A program made the translations under genes and the position numbers. A stretch of 61,006 nt of DNA, the filler included. It is 5 parts of 5 records of this genome, joined end to end, with 100 filler letters (N's around TTAATTAATTAA, not from the genome) between each part and the next. Parts side by side here need not be neighbours in the genome. Positions count along the whole stretch, not along the records: positions 12,273 to 28,369 come from SRR20825006_2193; positions 28,470 to 42,690 come from SRR20825006_2198; 3 more parts are not named here. The stretch is one strand, 5' to 3'. The stretch's first letter is position 1. The number at the start of each line of letters is the position of its first letter. This document shows, piece by piece, positions 21,242 to 31,082 of the stretch. The notes under the pieces are model-generated. The model made no database searches and was not told the DNA's origin. It worked only from the letters and a program-made list of their open reading frames with translations.

Positions 21242-22147
21242 ATGATCGCCCCCCGCCGTTTCCTGCCTTCAACCGGTGCACTGATGGCATTCGAGGCTGT
21301 GGCGCGTCTGGGATCGGCAACGGCCGCCGCGCAAGAGCTGTCCTTGACCCAAAGCGGGGTCAGCCGCCAGTTGCGCAGCCTGGAGACACAGATCGGTGCA
21401 TCGCTGGTGCAGCGCGAGGGGCGTGCGCTGGTGCTGACGCCGGTGGGGCGCGAATATGCGCGCACGGTGCGCGAGATCCTGCACAGGCTGGCGGCAGCAT
21501 CCGTGGCGGCGCGCACCAACCCGGACGGCGGCACATTGAACCTTGCGATCCTGCCTGCATTCGGGATGCACTGGCTGGCCCCGCGCCTGCAGGATTTCGC
21601 CCGCACGCATCCAGAGGTCACGGTCAACCTGTCCACCCGTCTCGCGCCCTTCGATTTCCGCGCCAGCCGGTTCGACGCCGCGATCCATTTCGGCCGCGCA
21701 GACTGGCCGGGAGCGGATCACCTGCCCCTGATGCCGGAAACCGTGGTGCCGGTCTGTGCGCCGGGGCTGCTGCAACAGGCCAGCAACGCCCAGATCGCAG
21801 CGCAGCCCCTGCTGCATCTGGAAACGCGTCCCAAAGGCTGGGCGCGCTGGCTGGCGGCGCAAGGGTGGACAGGGGAATTGGGCGCCGGGATGCAGTTCGA
21901 TCAGTTCTCGACCATGGCACAGGCGGCGATCCACGGCATGGGCGTGGCATTGCTGCCGACCTTTGTGGCACAGCCCTATCTGGACAGCGGCCAACTTGCG
22001 CTGGCCTCGGCGCAGACATCGCAAAGCATCGGGACCTATTACCTTGTGTGGCCGTCCGAACGCGCCACCCAGGCCTCGCTGCGCTCCTTTCGCGCATGGC
22101 TGGGCGAACAGGCACGCACCGCATCCGAACCAATTCCGCAGACCTGA
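21242..22147 (+). CDS. LysR family regulator (GcdR-like), divergent from gcdH
   Basis: N-terminal HTH AAQELSLTQSGVSRQ; LysR substrate domain. Confidence 0.9.
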   Translation: MIAPRRFLPSTGALMAFEAVARLGSATAAAQELSLTQSGVSRQLRSLETQIGASLVQREGRALVLTPVGREYARTVREILHRLAAASVAARTNPDGGTLNLAILPAFGMHWLAPRLQDFARTHPEVTVNLSTRLAPFDFRASRFDAAIHFGRADWPGADHLPLMPETVVPVCAPGLLQQASNAQIAAQPLLHLETRPKGWARWLAAQGWTGELGAGMQFDQFSTMAQAAIHGMGVALLPTFVAQPYLDSGQLALASAQTSQSIGTYYLVWPSERATQASLRSFRAWLGEQARTASEPIPQT

Positions 22148-22233
22148 CCCACTGTCGCCGCATTTGCGCCGCAATCCCCCGCTAGGGCTTCGGTCAGTGT
22201 TTTCGGGTGGGGCCGGACCAAACAGGAGCATTC

Positions 22234-22611
22234 ATGCTGCGTTCTATTCAAAAACTGGCCCTTGCCGCCGCTCTCGGCGCGACCTTGGCCCCTGCCGCCT
22301 TTGCCGATGGTGAATCCGCCAATGAACATACCGTCATGGTTCTGGGCGAATCCTTCTTTCCACGTGTGACCTATGCAAGTCCGGGCGACACCGTCCGGTT
22401 CATCAACGCATCAGAAAGCGAACAGTTGATCGTCGCCAAGGACGAAAACTGGACTGTCGGCCCGATCGCAGTCGGTGGAGAAGAAGTCTTTGCCGTCGTC
22501 GCAGGCATGAAAAACGACTTTTCCCTAATGCTCGGCGAAGAGGCCGACGAGGAAGCCCTCGCAAACGCAGCGGGCGCAATCAGCTTCAGCTCGCCTCCTC
22601 TGGGCAACTGA
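22234..22611 (+). CDS. secreted cupredoxin-like protein
   Basis: Signal peptide (ALAAALGATLAPAAFA), FFP..PGDTVRFIN; AGGAG RBS. Confidence 0.7.
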   Translation: MLRSIQKLALAAALGATLAPAAFADGESANEHTVMVLGESFFPRVTYASPGDTVRFINASESEQLIVAKDENWTVGPIAVGGEEVFAVVAGMKNDFSLMLGEEADEEALANAAGAISFSSPPLGN

Positions 22612-22675
22612 ATCTCGTAAATCGCGAAGTGTTCCGGGACCTGCTTGTCTTTTCGGCAAGCAGGTCGTTCCGCGT

Positions 22676-23338
22676 TTAGTCAAAGGGTACGATCAACTCG
22701 GAACCTTCGGCGCGGTTCGAATTCACGGCCGTGCCCACGCGGTGCATCTGCAACGTATCTTCGGGCGCAGGCTGCATCAGGCGGGCGGCGCCTTTGCCCT
22801 CTTCCCCCAGCCACAGTGACAGCTGCTCCGGCTCCAGCAGGACGGGCATCCGGTGGTGAATGGCGGACATCGTTGTATTGGCCCCTGTGGTAACAATTGC
22901 GCAGGTCCGCAACCGGGTGTCGCCCCCCTCCCAATCCTGCCAGATTCCCGCAAAGGTCAAGGGCGCGCCATCGCTGCGGGTGATGTACCACGGCAGACGG
23001 TTGCCGTCGGCATCCTTGGTCCATTCATAAAAACCGGTGGCCAGCACCACACACCGCCGGTCGCGGCAGGCGGTGCGAAAGGCGGGTTTCTCGGCGATGG
23101 TCTCGGCCCGCGCATTGATCAGCAACGGTCCGTCATTCGGTTTCTTGTACCACTGCGGGATAAAACCCCAACGCATCGCCCCCAGCGACCGCTGACTGCC
23201 ATCGCTGCGGACGACATGCACCGGATCGGTGGGGCAGACGTTGAAATTGGGCACATGCGGCAAATCGTTTGCGGGCGCTGCCGCGAACAGTTGCGCCATC
23301 GCGTCGGTTGGCAGAGTAACGGCTATACGACCACACAT
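22676..23338 (-). CDS. SOS response-associated peptidase (SRAP/YedK/HMCES family)
   Basis: MCGR N-terminus, INARAE, GFYEW, IHHRMP. Confidence 0.94.
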   Translation of the reverse strand: MCGRIAVTLPTDAMAQLFAAAPANDLPHVPNFNVCPTDPVHVVRSDGSQRSLGAMRWGFIPQWYKKPNDGPLLINARAETIAEKPAFRTACRDRRCVVLATGFYEWTKDADGNRLPWYITRSDGAPLTFAGIWQDWEGGDTRLRTCAIVTTGANTTMSAIHHRMPVLLEPEQLSLWLGEEGKGAARLMQPAPEDTLQMHRVGTAVNSNRAEGSELIVPFD

Positions 23339-23473
23339 GGTCGGGAATGTAGGCGACTTGTGTCACAGGTCCAAGCCCCACCCGCATTGAGCGGAAAGAC
23401 GACGCCATCCGTTTGCAACCCACAGCAAAGCCGCGCAGACTGCAACCACACCGACCGATTGGACCCCTGCCCC

Positions 23474-24742
23474 ATGATCCGCCATTTCCTGCCCGTCTTT
23501 GCCCTGTTGCTCGGCTCGTCCTTCCTGCTGTTCGCAGGGGGCATCAACGGGCTGATCCTGCCGGTGCGTGGCAGTGCCGAAGGTTTTTCGGCTTTCTCCC
23601 TGGGTCTGCTCGGCACGGGCTGGGCCATCGGCTACATGGCAGGCTGCGTGCTGACGCCCCGGCTTGTGGCAAATGTCGGCCACGTGCGCGCGTTCGGAGC
23701 GATGGCCGCGATTGCTGCGGTGTCGATGCTGGGGTCTGCGATCATGCTCACCCCGTGGGCGTGGATCGCGCTGCGCGGCGTCTGCGGTTTCTGTTTTGCA
23801 GGGGCCGCGATGATTGTCGAAAGCTGGCTGAGCGATCAGGCGGCACCCGAGCAGCGCGGGCGGATCTTTGGCGTTTACACGATGGTCAACCTCGGCGCTG
23901 TGACCGCAGGTCAGATGACACTGACGCTGGGCGACACCTCCGGGTTTTTCTTCTTTGCCTTGGGCGCGATATTCTATTGTCTGGCGCTGGTCCCCACCGC
24001 CCTGTCCTCCAGCTCCAACCCCGCACCGCTGGTGGCTGCGCGACTGGATATGAAAGCCTTGTGGCGCAATTCACCCGTCGCAGTCTTCGCGGTGTTCTGG
24101 GTGGGGGTCAGCAACTCGGCCTTTGGCACGCTGGCGGCGGTCTATGCGGAACGCACGGGGCTGATGCTGGCGGCAATTGCCTTCTTTACCTCATTGCCGA
24201 TCCTGGCAGGTGCGCTCGCGCAAATTCCCGTGGGCATCCTCAGCGACAGGATGGACCGGCGCAAGGTGCTGGTGGGCATCGCGCTGGCTGCGCTGGTTGC
24301 CGACATCCTGTTCATCACCATCGCACCACAGGGGCGCATCCCCAACCTGATACTGGCCGCGATCCTGGGCGGATCGATCTTTGCCATGTATCCGGTGATC
24401 GTGGCCCATGCCAACGACCACGCCGCCCCCGGCACTTCGATCCAGATCTCGGGTGGGCTGCTGCTGCTTTATGGCGGCGGCGGCATCGTGGGGCCGCTGA
24501 TGGCAGGCTGGGCGATGAGCAACTTTGCCGACCGCGCCCTGTTCATGGTCACCGCCGTCGCCCATGTGCTGGTGATCGTCTACACGATGTGGCGCATCTC
24601 GCGCCGGGTGGCCGTGAACGAAGCGGACAAGACCGCCTTTCAGGTGGCTCCGGGCGGTCGCGGCAGCACGCCGCAAACCGCGGTCCTTGGTGCATCCGAC
24701 GCAGAAGTGCAGGCCGAAGCCGACACCGCAGCGGCCACCTGA
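23474..24742 (+). CDS. MFS transporter (YcaD-like)
   Basis: VGHVRAF, VESWL, LSDRMDRR, AHANDH; multiple TM helices. Confidence 0.88.
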   Translation: MIRHFLPVFALLLGSSFLLFAGGINGLILPVRGSAEGFSAFSLGLLGTGWAIGYMAGCVLTPRLVANVGHVRAFGAMAAIAAVSMLGSAIMLTPWAWIALRGVCGFCFAGAAMIVESWLSDQAAPEQRGRIFGVYTMVNLGAVTAGQMTLTLGDTSGFFFFALGAIFYCLALVPTALSSSSNPAPLVAARLDMKALWRNSPVAVFAVFWVGVSNSAFGTLAAVYAERTGLMLAAIAFFTSLPILAGALAQIPVGILSDRMDRRKVLVGIALAALVADILFITIAPQGRIPNLILAAILGGSIFAMYPVIVAHANDHAAPGTSIQISGGLLLLYGGGGIVGPLMAGWAMSNFADRALFMVTAVAHVLVIVYTMWRISRRVAVNEADKTAFQVAPGGRGSTPQTAVLGASDAEVQAEADTAAAT

Positions 24743-24753
24743 TCAGAGCCGCG

Positions 24754-24787
24754 AAAAAGGGCGCGCAGACCGATGCCTGCGCGCCCT
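24754..24787 (-). terminator. rho-independent terminator of 5'-nucleotidase gene
   Basis: AGGGCGCGCAG...CTGCGCGCCCT hairpin preceded by AAAAA on + strand. Confidence 0.7.
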
Positions 24788-24809
24788 GACAGTTCGGCCG
24801 CGAAAGACC

Positions 24810-26369
24810 TTACTTGACTGTGATACGCCCATCGGTGACCGGCGTGAACGGCCCTTGGGCCGCCAGATACTCGGCCAGGACATCCGCCACATCCGGCCCG
24901 AAGTCATAGGCGTTTTCAGCGTTGATGAACATCTTGTAGCCATCACCGCCGTTGCGGACATAGTTGTTCGACACGACGCCATAGACCTTTTCAGGATCAA
25001 TCGGCGCGCCGCCGACCATCACGTCCGACACCCGTTCACCCGCCGGCTTCGAAGCATCAAACGCATAGGTCAAGCCCGCAACCTGGGCAAAGCGGCCTGC
25101 GCCCTCTTCCACCTGGCTCACACCGTTTTCCAGCGCCTCGATCACGGTCGCACCAGTGACCTGGAACGTGGACAGCGTGTTCTGGAACGGCAGCACGGTC
25201 AGCACTTCACCCATGGTGACGGGGCCTGCGTCAATCGACGCGCGGATGCCGCCGCCGTTCTGGATCGCGATCTCGATGCCCTGATCCTTGACCCGTGCCA
25301 GCATTGCATCGGCAATCAACGTCCCCATCGAACATTCCATCGCACGGCAGGTTTCCCGGTCGCCGCCAATCTGGTCTGATGCTTCGGCCACCACGCGGTT
25401 GCGGATCTCTTCCAGCGGTGCCGCCGCTTCGGCAATGCGCGCCACGGTCGCCTCATCCTCTGCCACGCTCGCGTCGATAAGGATCGGATCGCCCTTGGCT
25501 TCGGTGACGTTGCCCTCGTCGTCAAAGGTCACGTTCAGCTCGCCCAGGTATTTGCCATAGGCATAGGCCTGAACAATCGCGGTGCTGCCCACCATCGTGG
25601 GATAGGGGCCTTCGGCCTTTTCGTCAGTGTTGCTGAGCAGCGTGTTCGAGTGGCCGCCCACGATCACGTCAACGCCGGTGGTGTTTTCGGCCACCTTCTT
25701 GTCGACCACATAACCCGAGTGCGACAGAACGATGATCTTGGTGATACCTTCTTCGGTCAGCTTGTCGACCTCGCCCTGAACGGCGTCGGACGGATCGGTG
25801 AAGATCACGTTCTTACCGGGGCTGGCCAGCTCGTCCGTGTCCTGCGGCGTCAGGCCGATCAGGCCGATCTTTTCACCACCACGTTCGATCACCGTGGATT
25901 TCGCCAGCTTGTCCGCCAGCAGCGGCTCGCCCGAGACATCGGCGTTCGACATCAGGATCGGGAAATTGATCGTATCGATAAAGCTGGCCAGCACCTCGGG
26001 GCCATCGTCGAATTCGTGGTTGCCCACGGTCATCGCGTCATAGCCCAGCATGTTCATCATCTCGGCGGCCAGCTTGCCCTTGTAGTAGGTGTAGAACAGC
26101 GTGCCCTGGAACTGGTCACCGCCGTCCACAAGGATGGAATTGTTCGAGCGTGCCTTGGCGTCCTTGATCGCCGTCACCAGCCGCGCCGTGCCGCCAAAGC
26201 ATTCGCCGGCCGTGTTGTCCTCGGCACCGCAGGGACCGTCATATTTGCTGATCGGTTCGAACCGCGCGTGGAAATCGTTGGTGTGCAGGATGGTCAGCGA
26301 ATAATCCGCCATCGCTGTGCCAGCGGTCAGCGCAAGCGCCATCGCTGTCTGTGTCAGACGCAAAAACAT
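24810..26369 (-). CDS. bifunctional metallophosphatase/5'-nucleotidase
   Basis: Signal peptide, LHTNDFH, DGGDQFQGT, GNHEFD, GGHS, NGGGIR. Confidence 0.94.
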   Translation of the reverse strand: MFLRLTQTAMALALTAGTAMADYSLTILHTNDFHARFEPISKYDGPCGAEDNTAGECFGGTARLVTAIKDAKARSNNSILVDGGDQFQGTLFYTYYKGKLAAEMMNMLGYDAMTVGNHEFDDGPEVLASFIDTINFPILMSNADVSGEPLLADKLAKSTVIERGGEKIGLIGLTPQDTDELASPGKNVIFTDPSDAVQGEVDKLTEEGITKIIVLSHSGYVVDKKVAENTTGVDVIVGGHSNTLLSNTDEKAEGPYPTMVGSTAIVQAYAYGKYLGELNVTFDDEGNVTEAKGDPILIDASVAEDEATVARIAEAAAPLEEIRNRVVAEASDQIGGDRETCRAMECSMGTLIADAMLARVKDQGIEIAIQNGGGIRASIDAGPVTMGEVLTVLPFQNTLSTFQVTGATVIEALENGVSQVEEGAGRFAQVAGLTYAFDASKPAGERVSDVMVGGAPIDPEKVYGVVSNNYVRNGGDGYKMFINAENAYDFGPDVADVLAEYLAAQGPFTPVTDGRITVK

Positions 26370-26521
26370 GTCAGGTGTCCCCCTAAAAGGTCTGTTGGCA
26401 TTGGTATCACTCTGGCGGCGCTCTGATTAAGAGTCAAAACCCGAGTGCACGGCCGGCGAATTGACGTATCGGAAGCCTAGGCAGCTTGACCAACCTCAAG
26501 GCACACGGCATCAGTGAAACC

Positions 26522-26860
26522 ATGCTGATTTTGAAAATATTCCGTGCCGATGAATGGCAAGACCTGCGCGCCAGGGGCGAAACTCTGGGCGCACCCATCG
26601 ACGTCACCGACGGCTATGTGCATTTTTCGACACCCGCGCAGGCTGCCGAAACCGCTGCCAAACACTTCGCGGGCGAAGAAAACCTGTGGCTGCTGGGACT
26701 TGAGGCAGACGATCTGGGCGAAAAGCTGGTCTGGGAGCCGTCGCGCGGCGGTGCGCTGTTCCCCCATCTTTACCGCCCCCTGAAACTGGACGACGTGGCC
26801 TGGGCACAGCCCCTGCCCCTACAGGACGGCATTCACCAATTCCCCGCAGGTGTCCTATGA
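26522..26860 (+). CDS. DUF952 domain protein
   Basis: GAPIDVTDGYVHFST, WEPSRGGALFPHLY; usual neighbour of pyrD. Confidence 0.9.
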   Translation: MLILKIFRADEWQDLRARGETLGAPIDVTDGYVHFSTPAQAAETAAKHFAGEENLWLLGLEADDLGEKLVWEPSRGGALFPHLYRPLKLDDVAWAQPLPLQDGIHQFPAGVL

Positions 26861-27291
26861 CCGACAACCACATCGACCCCGAACGCGCGCAGTTCGACGC
26901 CTTCAAGGATCTGCCGCGCGATCATCCGATTGAAATGCTGAACCTTGTGCGGTTCCGTGAACACGCCGCCTATCCCGAGGATCACCCGCTTGCAGGCAAG
27001 GGGCTGACCGGAGCGCAGGCCTATGCCAATTACGGGCGCGACTCGGGCCCGGTTCTGGCGCGTCTGGGCGGGCGCATCGTCTGGCGCGGGGCCTATCAGA
27101 CGACGCTGATCGGACCGGCGGACGAGGCGTGGGACGCCTGTTTCATCGCCCGCTATCCCGACGCCGCAGCCTTTCTGGCGATGGTCACCGACCCCGACTA
27201 CAAACAGGCGGTGATCCACCGTCAGGCCGCCGTGCTGACCTCGCGGTTGATCCGCACATCGCCGTCCGACGCCGGAGCAACCTTCGGATGA
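26857..27291 (+). CDS. DUF1330 domain protein
   Basis: [15 protein letters not shown]...IARYP...FL.M, HRQAA. Confidence 0.8.
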   Translation: MTDNHIDPERAQFDAFKDLPRDHPIEMLNLVRFREHAAYPEDHPLAGKGLTGAQAYANYGRDSGPVLARLGGRIVWRGAYQTTLIGPADEAWDACFIARYPDAAAFLAMVTDPDYKQAVIHRQAAVLTSRLIRTSPSDAGATFG

Positions 27292-28331
27292 AGCGCAGTA
27301 TAGAGAAGCTGGGCCTGGCCGCCCTGCGCCGCATCGACCCGGAAGTGGCCCACGGCCTTGCCCTGCGCGCGCTGCACACGCCCTTTGCCGCCCTGCCCGG
27401 TCCGGTGACTTCGCCCCGGCTGACCACGCGCGTCGCGGGCCTGACGCTGAACAATCCGGTCGGGCTGGCCGCGGGTTTCGACAAGAACGCGACCGCGATC
27501 CGCCCGCTGGTGCGTGCGGGCTTCGGCTTTATCGAGGTGGGAGCCGCCACGCCCCTGCCCCAACCCGGCAACCCCAAGCCACGCCTGTTTCGCCTGACCG
27601 AAGACCGCGCCGCGATCAACCGTTTCGGGTTCAACAACGACGGGGCCGAGGCCATCGTGCGCAGGCTGGCCCGCGCCCACAGGACGATTCCCGTGGGCCT
27701 GAACCTGGGGGCCAACAAGGACAGCGCCAACCGCGCCGAAGATTTCGCCCGCGTGCTGCAAATGGCCCGTGGCCATATCGACTTTGCCACCGTCAACGTG
27801 TCCTCGCCCAACACCGAGAAACTGCGCGACCTGCAAGGGCCGATGGCGCTGGCCGCCCTGCTGGACGGGGTCATGCAGGTGCGCGGCAACGTGCCGGTGT
27901 TCCTGAAGATCGCCCCGGAACTGACCGATCAGGATCTGGCCGACATCGCCAAAGTGGCCGAGGACGCCCGGATTTCCGCGATTATCGCGACCAACACCAC
28001 GCTGGACCGCATCAACCTGCGCAGCCCCCACGGCACCGAGGCCGGCGGCCTGTCCGGCGCGCCCTTGTTCGAGAAATCCACCCGCACGCTGGCCAAACTC
28101 CACACACTGACCGACATCCCGCTGATCGGCGTCGGCGGCATCAGCACGGCCCGCGACGCCTATGCCAAGATCCGCGCCGGTGCATCGGCGGTGCAACTCT
28201 ACACCGGCCTCGTCTACGGCGGCCTCAGCCTGGCCGCGCGCATCGCCCAAGGCCTTGACGTCTTGTTGCAACAGGACGGCTTTGGCTCGGTCAGCGAAGC
28301 GGTGGGGACAAACACCAAAGACTGGCTCTGA
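27288..28331 (+). CDS. pyrD: quinone-dependent dihydroorotate dehydrogenase
   Basis: [34 protein letters not shown]. Confidence 0.96.
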   Translation: MKRSIEKLGLAALRRIDPEVAHGLALRALHTPFAALPGPVTSPRLTTRVAGLTLNNPVGLAAGFDKNATAIRPLVRAGFGFIEVGAATPLPQPGNPKPRLFRLTEDRAAINRFGFNNDGAEAIVRRLARAHRTIPVGLNLGANKDSANRAEDFARVLQMARGHIDFATVNVSSPNTEKLRDLQGPMALAALLDGVMQVRGNVPVFLKIAPELTDQDLADIAKVAEDARISAIIATNTTLDRINLRSPHGTEAGGLSGAPLFEKSTRTLAKLHTLTDIPLIGVGGISTARDAYAKIRAGASAVQLYTGLVYGGLSLAARIAQGLDVLLQQDGFGSVSEAVGTNTKDWL

Positions 28332-28335
28332 CTCC

Positions 28336-28369
28336 CTCCGCTTCTTTTGGCCAGAAATATCCCGGGGGA
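28336..28369. repeat. probable intergenic REP-like repeat at contig end
   Basis: CTTCTTTTGGCCAGAAATATCCCGGGGG resembles a recurrent Rhodobacteraceae intergenic repeat; contig breaks inside it; single copy in this window. Confidence 0.35.
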
Positions 28370-28469
28370 NNNNNNNNNNNNNNNNNNNNNNNNNNNNNNN
28401 NNNNNNNNNNNNNTTAATTAATTAANNNNNNNNNNNNNNNNNNNNNNNNNNNNNNNNNNNNNNNNNNNN
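28370..28469. other. artificial contig linker
   Basis: N-run, TTAATTAATTAA, N-run. Confidence 0.98.
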
Positions 28470-28519
28470 AATGTCAGCAACTTCGGCTGTATCGACAAAG
28501 AATTTCATGATTTCCTTCC

Positions 28520-28942
28520 TTAGCGCTGAGTATATTCAGCCAATATTTGGCGCGACCGTTCAACATCGCGCATGGTTTGTTCTTTAAGGGCGTCGACCGA
28601 TGGAAACACCACCATCTCGCGCAAAAGCGCCACAAAACTCACATGGATGGCGAAATCATAAAGATCACGATCAAAATCGTGAATATAGGCTTCAAAACGC
28701 CGTTCTTTCACATCGTCAAATGTGGGATTGTCGCCAATACTCATTGTAGCATGATAAATTTGATGCTCATCTTCAATCGTCACCAAACAGGCATAAACAC
28801 CATCTGGCGGGGTGGGTGCATCCGCGGCAACAGAAATGTTGGCCGTGGGAAAGCCCAGCACTTGCCCGCGGCCGTGGCCGGAAACCACATGGCCGGATAA
28901 GATGATCTCTTGCAAAGAGAGGGCAGGAGCGGCCGAAATCAT
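28520..28942 (-). CDS. monofunctional riboflavin kinase (RcaA-like)
   Basis: G.VV.G.GRG..LGFPTAN, GVY, SIGDNPTF, EAYIHDF..DLY; no FAD synthetase domain. Confidence 0.9.
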   Translation of the reverse strand: MISAAPALSLQEIILSGHVVSGHGRGQVLGFPTANISVAADAPTPPDGVYACLVTIEDEHQIYHATMSIGDNPTFDDVKERRFEAYIHDFDRDLYDFAIHVSFVALLREMVVFPSVDALKEQTMRDVERSRQILAEYTQR

Positions 28943-29445
28943 GCGTCGTCCATCAATTCGCGGAATTGGCTTTGATGAAACACCAAAGGTGCCTTAGCGG
29001 GAAACAACTCTGCATCATGCACATCAAGAATGATGATTTCGTGATCACCAGCAGTCACAGCTGCGCTTTGGCTGCATTCGAGCCACAAAGCACCCCCATT
29101 GATCAACACTGCACCATTGTTTTTTTCAGTCCATTCAACCCCATCAAAGCGATCAGCCGTGCGCGACGCCAATTTGCGGCAGAGTTCGCTGTGCCGCGCG
29201 CCCAACACTGTTAGGCCCAACCGTTCTGCCTTTGCCAAAAGGGGCCAAGTGGACGAGCCATTGCCCACGCAGATCGACACAAGCGGCGGATCGAGTGATA
29301 CCGAATTGAATGAGTTGACCGCAAAACCAACTGGTTTGCCCTCAATGAGCGCACAAACGGCAACGACACCGGTGGGGAAAACGGAAAAGGCGCGGCGCAA
29401 TTCGCTGGGCGAAATTGCATTTGCTATTTGAGTTTGTGCTGACAT
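28939..29445 (-). CDS. flavin reductase (RcaB-like)
   Basis: FPTGV, NSFNSVSLDPPLV, AGDH, PLVF. Confidence 0.92.
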   Translation of the reverse strand: MSAQTQIANAISPSELRRAFSVFPTGVVAVCALIEGKPVGFAVNSFNSVSLDPPLVSICVGNGSSTWPLLAKAERLGLTVLGARHSELCRKLASRTADRFDGVEWTEKNNGAVLINGGALWLECSQSAAVTAGDHEIIILDVHDAELFPAKAPLVFHQSQFRELMDDA

Positions 29446-29498
29446 TAAATTCTCCCGGACCGTTTGGTGGTCCCTAAACTAAATTTGGTCTTATTTCG

Positions 29499-29527
29499 TT
29501 TGAACTATTCTATCTTGAATGTTCAAA
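29499..29527. promoter_or_regulatory. candidate PadR operator
   Basis: TTTGAAC-TATTCTATCTTGAAT-GTTCAAA nested inverted repeat between divergent flavin reductase and PadR genes; similar core at 35319-35334. Confidence 0.45.
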
Positions 29528-29550
29528 AATGATCACGTAAACATAAGCTT

Positions 29551-30147
29551 ATGTCGAACCTTACACGCCTCATGGTGCTTGGCGCCGTTCATCAATTTCA
29601 GCCTGTGCATGGATATTTTCTGCGCCAGGAACTGATCACTTGGCACGTTGACGAATGGGCCAACGTCAACCCCGGTTCCATTTACAATGCGCTGTCTTCG
29701 CTCAAAAAAGATGGCTATGTTGAAGAGCATTGCATCGAGACGCAGGGTAAACGCCCCGAGCGCACGGTTTACAAAATGACGCCCGAGGGCAATGTCGAAT
29801 TTATTCGCTTGCTGCGGAAAGTCATTTGGACCGTGGATGCGTTCGACACGAAATCTGGCATGGTGCTGACCTCGTTTATGTTCGCTTTGAGCCGACAGGA
29901 AGTTATCGAAGTGCTTGAACATCGCGTGCGCGAAATCGACGCCCGTGTGAAAGCCAACGGCTATCATGTTGAAGATGTGGCGCAATCGGAAACTACGCCG
30001 CTCTATGTGCGCGAAATTTTTGAGCTGTCCACCACGCGCTTGAAAGGCGAGAAAGAGTGGACCGAGGCGTTGCTGCAACGGCTGCATGATGGCGAATATA
30101 GCTTTGCGGGGGAAGAGCCCAGCAAGCGCGGACGACATCAGCCGTAA
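29551..30147 (+). CDS. PadR family regulator (RcaC-like)
   Basis: PVHGY, NPGSIYNAL, PERTVYKMT..G winged HTH. Confidence 0.9.
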   Translation: MSNLTRLMVLGAVHQFQPVHGYFLRQELITWHVDEWANVNPGSIYNALSSLKKDGYVEEHCIETQGKRPERTVYKMTPEGNVEFIRLLRKVIWTVDAFDTKSGMVLTSFMFALSRQEVIEVLEHRVREIDARVKANGYHVEDVAQSETTPLYVREIFELSTTRLKGEKEWTEALLQRLHDGEYSFAGEEPSKRGRHQP

Positions 30148-30167
30148 CGATTTGACGGCAATCTTAG

Positions 30168-31076
30168 TCATAAGATCACCTGTTGCGTTTGCGATGAATT
30201 GCTGATCATCGCGTGAATTTTCTCTAGCGACAAGTTGTCGGTTTGTGCACCCATCGCCGTAGCGGTGAGAGCCCCTGCAGCGGATGCATGGCCAATCGCA
30301 TCTTCAATTGAATGACCAGAGGCTAGAGCTGCAGCAAAGGCCCCACAAAAGGCATCGCCAGAACCTGTTGTATCAACGGCATTGATGGGGAATGCAGATG
30401 CAGTCTGCGCTGGGGCATCCTGTTCTGCCCACATGACACCATTGGCACCCAACGTCATCACGATGAGGGAAGGGCCGGCTTGCCGCAAGGCATCAAAGCC
30501 GCCCAAATCCTCTGCCTCAGTTTCATTGACCACCAAAATATCAGCCAATGCCAAATGCTCGGGGCCAACATCGCGAGACGGGGCTGCATTTAGCAAAGTC
30601 AGCACGCCAAGATGCTGGCTAATGGCCATGGCGGTTTTTGCTGCCTGAGGGCCAATTTCCATTTGCACCATCATTAAATCAGCATTGCTGAGGGCATGTG
30701 GCAGTTGGGTTAGGTCCAACTGTTCATTGGCGCCAGGCACCACAATGATGGAGTTTTCGCCGTCGGATTGGCAGGAAATATAGGCCGTGCCAGTGGGTGC
30801 TTGCGGGTTGGTACGCAGATAACGGTCACTTAGGCCGATCTGCGCACAGACCTTGCGCAGATGCTGCGCCTCGCTGTCGGCGCCAACTTGTCCCACAAAT
30901 TGTGTGGAGGCGCCGCAGCGGTGGGCGGCAACGGCTTGGTTGAAGCCCTTGCCACCGGGCATTTTGCCCAGCATTTGCCCCATAATGGTCTCGCCCGGCG
31001 CGGGGGCATGATCAACCTGCACCATAAGGTCCAGATTGATGCTGCCCACAACACAGACTTTTCCCAAAGCACCCAT
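30168..31076 (-). CDS. rbsK: ribokinase (RcaD-like)
   Basis: VVGSINLD, PGGKG.NQA, VNETE, DTTGSGDAF PfkB signatures. Confidence 0.9.
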   Translation of the reverse strand: MGALGKVCVVGSINLDLMVQVDHAPAPGETIMGQMLGKMPGGKGFNQAVAAHRCGASTQFVGQVGADSEAQHLRKVCAQIGLSDRYLRTNPQAPTGTAYISCQSDGENSIIVVPGANEQLDLTQLPHALSNADLMMVQMEIGPQAAKTAMAISQHLGVLTLLNAAPSRDVGPEHLALADILVVNETEAEDLGGFDALRQAGPSLIVMTLGANGVMWAEQDAPAQTASAFPINAVDTTGSGDAFCGAFAAALASGHSIEDAIGHASAAGALTATAMGAQTDNLSLEKIHAMISNSSQTQQVIL

Positions 31077-31082
31077 AATGGA

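Noticed and set aside
23413-24789. 458-aa Arg-rich ORF overlapping the MFS gene
   Set aside because: Alternative frame of a clear MFS gene; low-complexity translation
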